A stretch of 64,000 nt of DNA from Paraspadella gotoi (Eukaryota; Animalia; Chaetognatha), in assembly GCA_051294375.1 (NCBI GenBank), contig CM119271.1, forward strand, positions 16,002,770 to 16,066,769, written 5' to 3'. The translations under genes and the position numbers were made by a program. This document shows, piece after piece, positions 57,701 through 64,000 of this stretch. Every line of letters begins with the position of its first letter. The first letter of the stretch is position 1. A model generated the notes under the pieces. That model searched no databases and was not told where the DNA came from. It saw only the letters and a list, made by a program, of their open reading frames with translations.

Positions 57701-58756
57701 TGAACTATTGAATGAATTAATGAACGATTATTGAAAGATTGCGTGAATGAATTGTACCTCGGCAATGCCCGCTACAGATTGATTGATTGAATTGAATGAA
57801 TCAATGAAGTTTAGTGTAACATAAACAACAATAACTCCCCATTGATTAAGGTGTCCAATTTGCAACGAGAGGTTTTCCAAAGACTTTTACTTGGAAGCTC
57901 ATCTTAAACAACATGAATTCTACGAAAAGGCCGTGAAGGAAGATCCAGACGACGGAATCAAACGGGAAAACGGGGAAAAGTAAGTCTCTCACTTAACTTT
58001 TACCCAAATTGTCAATTTCGTACAACAAAAATTATTCAAATTGTTAATTTTTTTTTTTTTTTAAAGTCCCGAAGCTAACATTATCGCCCTGGTCGGAAGC
58101 TACAACGCCTACGCGGGTCGCGGCCTCTTCAAGTGCGGCTGTTGCGGCAAACTCTTCCGCAACATCGGTCACATCCACGCGCATCTCGAGGATTACCACG
58201 AGTTGCCGCAGTCGGCTTTGGTCGCGACGAAACGGGCGCACGAAGAGAAGGACCCCGTCTCGGGCGAGTTGGTGCGTTTTATTTGAAGAGAAGAGTTAAC
58301 TAATGTCAATTATGATTTATGAGTGAATGAGTCCTTGCCTCGATCTCAATGATCTCTTCACGTCTTCAGGTTCGATTCTGCGTCGAATGCGAGGCTCCCT
58401 TCAAGGAAGAAGAGGCTCTGGTCAAGCACTACTACACTCACATGAACACTCCCTTCAAGTGCTCCTTCTGCGACCGAGGCTTTTGGCAAAACACAGAACT
58501 CCAGCGCCACAACATCCGGTTTCACCGGAAGCCGTCGTCGTTGATGCCCGCGACGACGATGGCGCCGAACGATTGGCGGAAACGAAAAGCGACGGTGGAT
58601 ACTACTACGGCGTCGTCGGCGTCGTCGGGCGTCAAGAGGCTCGTGACGTCCGGCGGAGAATCGAACTTGGTTGAACTTAAGATCGAACCCGTCGTCGTTG
58701 ACGAGGAAATTGAACGAAGATCGATCGTCGATCGAGGGAAGAAGAAAAACTCTTAG
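54778..58756 (+). CDS. C2H2 zinc-finger protein A (four C-terminal fingers, long disordered N-terminus)
   Basis: Fingers CPICNERF...HLKQH, CGCCGKLF...HLEDYH, CVECEAPF...HYYTH and CSFCDRGF...HNIRFH. Upstream exons join in phase to ATG 54778, but the 5' structure is less certain. Confidence 0.7.
55330..55570 (+). repeat. 45-bp in-frame coding repeat, 5 copies (QKSTSVGQDSRLSAN)
   Basis: CCAGAAGTCAACTTCAGTCGGGCAGGA at 55351, 55396, 55441 and 55486, with a variant at 55531. Confidence 0.92.
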
Positions 58757-58924
58757 AAAAATAAAGGGAAAAAAATAATTAGGGAATTAAAGAGTAGAAA
58801 CGCTCGGGGCAGGGTCCAGCCTCTCAGATTTTTAATGTCATTTGCGTTTAAAAAAAACAATGTCATAATTTATTTCTGAGTACGTATCTGATCCTAATCG
58901 GGTCTGTAATTGCTGATTTCATTT

Positions 58925-59215
58925 TTCCCCCTTTATCCCTTTCGCCCCTTTATCCCTTTCGCCCATTATCCCTTTCGCCCATTATCCTTTCGCCCCATTA
59001 TCCCTTTCCCCTTTAATCCCTTTCGCCCCTTTATCCCTTTCGCCCCTTTATCCCTTTCGCCCCATTATCCCTTTATCCCTTTGCCCCTTTGCCCTTTATC
59101 CCTTTCCCCCATATTCCCTTTCCCCCTTTATCCCTTTCGCCCCATTATCCCTTTCCCCCCTTTTCCCGTTGCCCCTTTATCCCTTTCCCCCTTTATTCTT
59201 TCCCCCTTTTCCGTT
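58925..59215. repeat. Pyrimidine-rich degenerate minisatellite (CCCTTTATCCCTTTCG-like)
   Basis: Read directly; lies between the two zinc-finger genes. Confidence 0.85.
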
Positions 59216-59494
59216 TTCCCCTCCCCCCATTTAGTGATCCCTCCTCCCCACTTTCTTTACCCCCAATTTATCTCATCTCGATTCTTATTTTGTATTCCAC
59301 TTTATTCCTTCTCGAATTACGTAGCGTCTCATTAAATATCGAGCGATGAGCTTAAAATCTTTTTGTTATCGTTACAGAAAATGTAAAGTGTGTGAGGAAG
59401 ATGATCTCACAAACTGTCTCGATTCTTGCCCGAATTCTTTGCTCATGAGTCATGACATGACCCGATCCTCGTCCGTCACTGAAAAGAGAGAGAC

Positions 59495-61905
59495 ATGGCC
59501 GAGGAGGACCCGACTCTCCCCGACGAGGCGTGCCCTCCTTTCCCTTGCCCAGACGGACGACCCTTCATCTGTCCCGACTGCCCCAAGTCTTTCCTCCACA
59601 AGTCGGACTTGGATCGACACCGGAAAATTCACTCTGGTGTCAGACCTCACAAATGCGGGGAATGCGAGAAGACTTTTTTCTCCAGGTATGTCATTTGTTA
59701 TTTCAAGTTAATTTTATATATTGTTGCTCATACCAGTCTGTTCCCTCTCTCTCGTCTCCTTCCAGGTCTGATCTAAAGCGTCACTCCCGAACCCACACCG
59801 GCTACCGCCCGTTCAAGTGCTCCGCCTGCTCCAAGGCCTTCCCCCAAAAGGCCGACCTTTCTCGCCACCTTCGAACCCACACGGGCGTCAGACCCTTCGC
59901 CTGTCAAAAATGCGATAAGGCCTTTTATCAACGCTCGGACTTGGACCGTCACGCGCGCCTCCATTCGGGCGAGAAGCCCTTCCGTTGTGCTTATTGCGGT
60001 CGCGCCTACTCGCAGCGATGCGACCGGGTTCGTCACGAGCGGACGCACTTTTTGCCGGCGGCGGAAATGGAGGCGACGGAAGAGACGCCGAGTACTGAAG
60101 AAACGATGAAGCCGGAGTCCGTCGTGACGGGTGCGGTGCTGGCGCCGCAAATGGCGCCACAGCTGGTCCTGACATCTGGCGGCGCCGTCTCGTTCCTGCC
60201 GCAGGCGACGACTGCCTTCATTGACAAAACGACTGGTCAACTCTTCGCCATCAATTTTATCCCGGCGACGACGAGGACGACAACGACGGCCCCGAATGTC
60301 ATCGGCGACGTTGGCAGCGACGATTCGACGCCGGGAGGACAGAGTCGAGCGGATGAAGAAAAAACTTCCACGGATTCCGACGCCGCCGACGCCGCAGCCG
60401 CCGTCCTCAGCCCGCCTCCACTCGTTCGGGCCGCCGACGTTATTCCGAAACTCTCCGCGAAGGAGGAGTTGCTGCAAAGATTGCGGCATCAGCAGCAACG
60501 GCAGCTCTTCGTCGAGCGGCAGTACAAGCAGCGTCTGCTCGAGAAGCGGCGCCGCGACGGCCTCTCGGAGCAGCAGGAGAAACTGGAAGAGCAGCAGCTG
60601 GAGAATTCCGCCGAGATCGTGCGGATACAGCAGCAGCTTCATCTGCAGCAGCGGCTGTCGCGGCGGCGGCGAGAGGCGACTTCGTCTTCGCCGAGAGGAG
60701 GAGGAAGAGGAGGAGCGTCGCCGGAAAAGACGCCGACTTTAGACGACATGACGAAACTTATTCAAATCGCCGTCTCAAGCGCTGGCGAAGATAACGTTGT
60801 TTCCGGCAGCCTCGTCTCCTGCAGCGCCGAGAACGCCGAGATTTACCCGGCTGCGACGCCTCCTTCAGCATCCGCACCAGCAGTGCGCGTCGCTGCAGCG
60901 CCGCCTCAGTCGCAGCCGTCGTCTGCTCTCCCTTCCGCCCCTCGCTTCCCTGCCTCCTCTTCCCTCCAGCGCCGTCTCGTCCACAAGTGTTCCCACTGCT
61001 TCAAACTCTTCGCCCAAAAGTCCGACCTTCATCGTCACATCAAGATCCACACGGGCGTCAAGCCTTTCCAGTGTCCGCAGTGTCCCAAGGCTTTTTACCA
61101 GCGGTCCGATCTCAGTCGCCATTCTCGCACGCACACTGGCGACCGTCCGTACAAGTGCGCTGTGTGTCACAAGGCCTTCGCCCAAAAGTCAGACTTGGAT
61201 CGTCACGGTCGGCGGTTGCACGCCGCTGCGTCGGCAGGTGGGAAAGGAGGGACGGCGGCGGCTGCTGCTGCTGCTGCGACGCGAGGTGTCACTCTCATCG
61301 CCGTTGATTTTGTCAAAACCGAACCCGATTCGAGGGTGAGTGAAAAATCCATCGAGTTTTAACAATAATTACTATAAAATTGACGAATTGATCAGTTTTA
61401 AATGGTTAACAACAACGACAAAAGTGTTTTACGTGAAAACGGACATGTTTCGACTATTTGTTTGCCTTCATGAGCGCAGTAGTACCACTTGATCTGCGAT
61501 GATAAAGTCTGACAAGGAATTGGAACATGTCAGTTTTTATGGAGTAACATTTGCCAATGTTGTTAACTATATTAACCATATTAAATAACCAATACAATAT
61601 AAATTAATATTGACATATTTTTATAATTATTAACTTTTTTACCAATTTTTTTATCTCTTCAGGAATCCCAAACTTCATCGTTTACTTCGCTTGCTCCGCT
61701 TCGTCCGCTTCTCCCCGCGAATTCCACTTCCGCTTCTCACTCGTCGGCGCCGCCAAGTGACGCCCGCGTCGCCGCCGCCGCCGCCGCCGCTGGATCCAGC
61801 GGCGACGATAACAAAATTGAGGCGAGAATCGGAGATTGTGACGATGACGAAGACGACGACGATGACGACGACGGAGAGAAAGTAGAAACAAAGATTAACG
61901 ACTAA
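59495..61905 (+). CDS. C2H2 zinc-finger protein B, eight fingers in clusters of 5 and 3
   Basis: Exons about 59495-59685, 59766-61335 and 61663-61905, with canonical TG(E/V)(K/R)P(F/Y)-type linkers. Confidence 0.9.
61441..61535. mobile_element. Inverted pair of decayed minimal hammerhead-like motifs (Penelope-like remnant)
   Basis: Minus strand CTGCG-CTCATGA-AGGC...GTC-GAAA-CATG-TC; plus strand CTGCG-ATGATAA-AGTC...GGAA-CATG-TC. Confidence 0.5.
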
Positions 61906-62632
61906 TTCAATATTTAAAGAGAAAGGAAAGAATCTCTTGATTTCACTCCAATCGATTCCGCCGAGAAATATTGGTTCTTTGGTAACAAATTGTCAACACC
62001 CACGACGACGACGTCGATTTATTATTAAAAAAAAACTCGCTCACTCATCTCCGATCTTAATTTTTATGACGTAAAAAACTCGTCCAGCTTTTTTACTCAC
62101 ATTTTGACTTTTTAACTTATCCTAGCCCAGTATTATTATTCGTTATATTTATATCTTTCATCTCGTTTTACCTCATGTCGTATTTCCAGGGTCAACCCCG
62201 TTCGTTGTCAACGATTTACCCAAAGTTTTAGTTATGACGTAAAGATCTCATTTTTACACTCACATTCTCTCCCCCTATTATTTTTTTGTTGTAACCGTGA
62301 AAAAATATATGCGTTTGTTTGGAATAATGCAATAGTCTCAACCGGCGTTCAGTAGGTTTAGCATTTATTTATATTTTATTCGACCCATTTTTCACATTTG
62401 TTGAGATATTTTAAAAAGAAAACTCGGGCGATCTGAGATTGACGACCGTGTCCAGCGGTCGACCTCTTTTGGTCGAGTTTCACGCGAAAGACTCGATACA
62501 AATCAAATTACGAGAACATTTATATTTTTCGTTTGATTAATTGCTTATTAATATTATCATGATTTGTCCTTTTGGTCTTTATTATTATTTTATATTATCT
62601 TTCAATTTCTCTGGAAAGGCAGTCCCATCGAA

Positions 62633-63908
62633 ATGGATTCTCCGGTTAATAACCGATATTTAATTGCGAGTTCTACTTCGGCCAGGTATGTCGCAGACAC
62701 TATATCTACCTTTTCGGTCTGTCCGTCCGTCTGTCGGTGTATAATGATAAATGAATTAACCTTAATAAATAAAATTCGTTACGGAAAAAGGCAATATCTT
62801 CTGAATTCCAATGAGAATGGTGGGATGAGGAGGAGGAGGAGGAGGAGGAGGAGAATGCATAGAAGTGAATTAACGAAAGGAATTTGAGGAGTTAAACGGA
62901 ATTAACCCGAGCTGTGGCATAGTTTCTGTAGACTGTACGTTTATATTATTATTATTTTCTTTATTTCGTCTTTCAGTCCATCAACGGGATGGCGTCATTC
63001 CGACAACGGATTAGACTCCCATACTTTTTCTGGGAATTCCGCCGGCGCCGCCACTCCCTCGTTTTCCGGCGCCGCTTCCCTCTGCGGCGCCGCTACTCCA
63101 TCTTCCGGTGCCGATCTCAAGACGCGACGCCCTTCCTGCGCCGAAGATGAAAAGCGCGACTGTGTTTTCTCCGAGGCTGATTCTCGCCGCGGCAGCTGCA
63201 GCGTCGGCGGCGGCTTTAACGTTCACGTTCCCCCTTCGTTTATTTAAATATTATTAGTAAAATCCATATTCCTCCTTATTACATCCGGGTCCCTGGGGAA
63301 GGGGGGGAACTTGGACGTTAAGTGAACGTTCGTAAAAGCAGACTCCCTCGGCCGAATCTTCTCGAGCGACGCCGCCAGTTGCGACTTCTCCCAACGCCGG
63401 CGCCTCTCCGACGCCCCGGGGCCGAGTCGTCGGCGCCGTCACGCCTCGTCTCATTCGATCCTCTCGTCTCCCGAACGGCGCCTCGCCTTCTTACGCTCCG
63501 ACGGCGTCGGCCAGGAAACGCAAGGCCGACAAGAGGATGGAGATATTCGTCGTTCGAGTCGTTTCCCCCTCAGAATTTTATATTCAGGTTTGTTTAGATT
63601 TGGTTAATTGTTAACCTAAATGATTAACTATATTGTTAATTCTGTTGGAAGTAATTCTTGTTATAAGTATTCTTAAATAGTGAAAACTTTTCCGAAAACC
63701 GTGTCAAAAAAATATGCTACAATATGAGATTGAAGAATTCAATCTTGGTTGATATGAATCATAAGTTATTCTCTCTCTCACTCTCGCTTACTCCAGTTGA
63801 AAGAGGATCAACTTCAACTGGAAAAATTGATGAAAGATTTGAACAAAGAATTGAAAGATTCTTCTCCGGAGCAAAATCGCGTTTGGAGAGAAGACGAGAC
63901 TTGCGCCA
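62633..63908 (+). CDS. Extended-Tudor-domain protein (TDRD-like), 3'-partial
   Basis: Spliced exons give a Ser/Pro-rich N-terminus, then MEIFVVRVVSPSEFYIQ|LKEDQLQLEKLMKDLN...EDETCA, the typical start of an extended Tudor domain. The gene continues beyond the window. Confidence 0.72.
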
Positions 63909-64000
63909 GTAAGAACTTTTGATTATAAAGGTTAATCAATTAATTTAAATGAATTGTAGAAATATACAATTCTTTTATATTTTATTTACTAATCATTTAG

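Overview
Intron-rich, gene-dense genomic DNA from an animal, probably an invertebrate; the taxon cannot be assigned from the sequence. By hand splicing I reconstruct 15 protein-coding genes, all on the + strand: BROX (5'-partial), SPTLC1, an INPP5K-like 5-phosphatase, a stand-alone USPL1-N-terminal-domain protein, an InaF-motif membrane protein, MTERF4, TRMT10C, a PDE7 with a long RRxS-repeat tail, MTG2/GTPBP5, an intronless RGG/coiled-coil protein, HSP110, MIX23/CCDC58, two C2H2 zinc-finger genes and a 3'-partial Tudor protein. Non-coding DNA holds a solo LTR with a 5-bp TSD nested in another repeat, two MITE/foldback elements, tRNA-derived SINEs, a decayed inverted pair of Penelope-type hammerhead motifs, several minisatellites and about 11 mostly intronic copies of an octamer-containing palindrome. 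The most striking signals are the unidirectional gene block with operon-like junctions and an unusual intron architecture: AAG/GAG acceptors plus purine-rich 5' and pyrimidine-rich 3' ends that are partly complementary. Exon models were read by eye and homology calls rely on remembered motifs; no searches were run.
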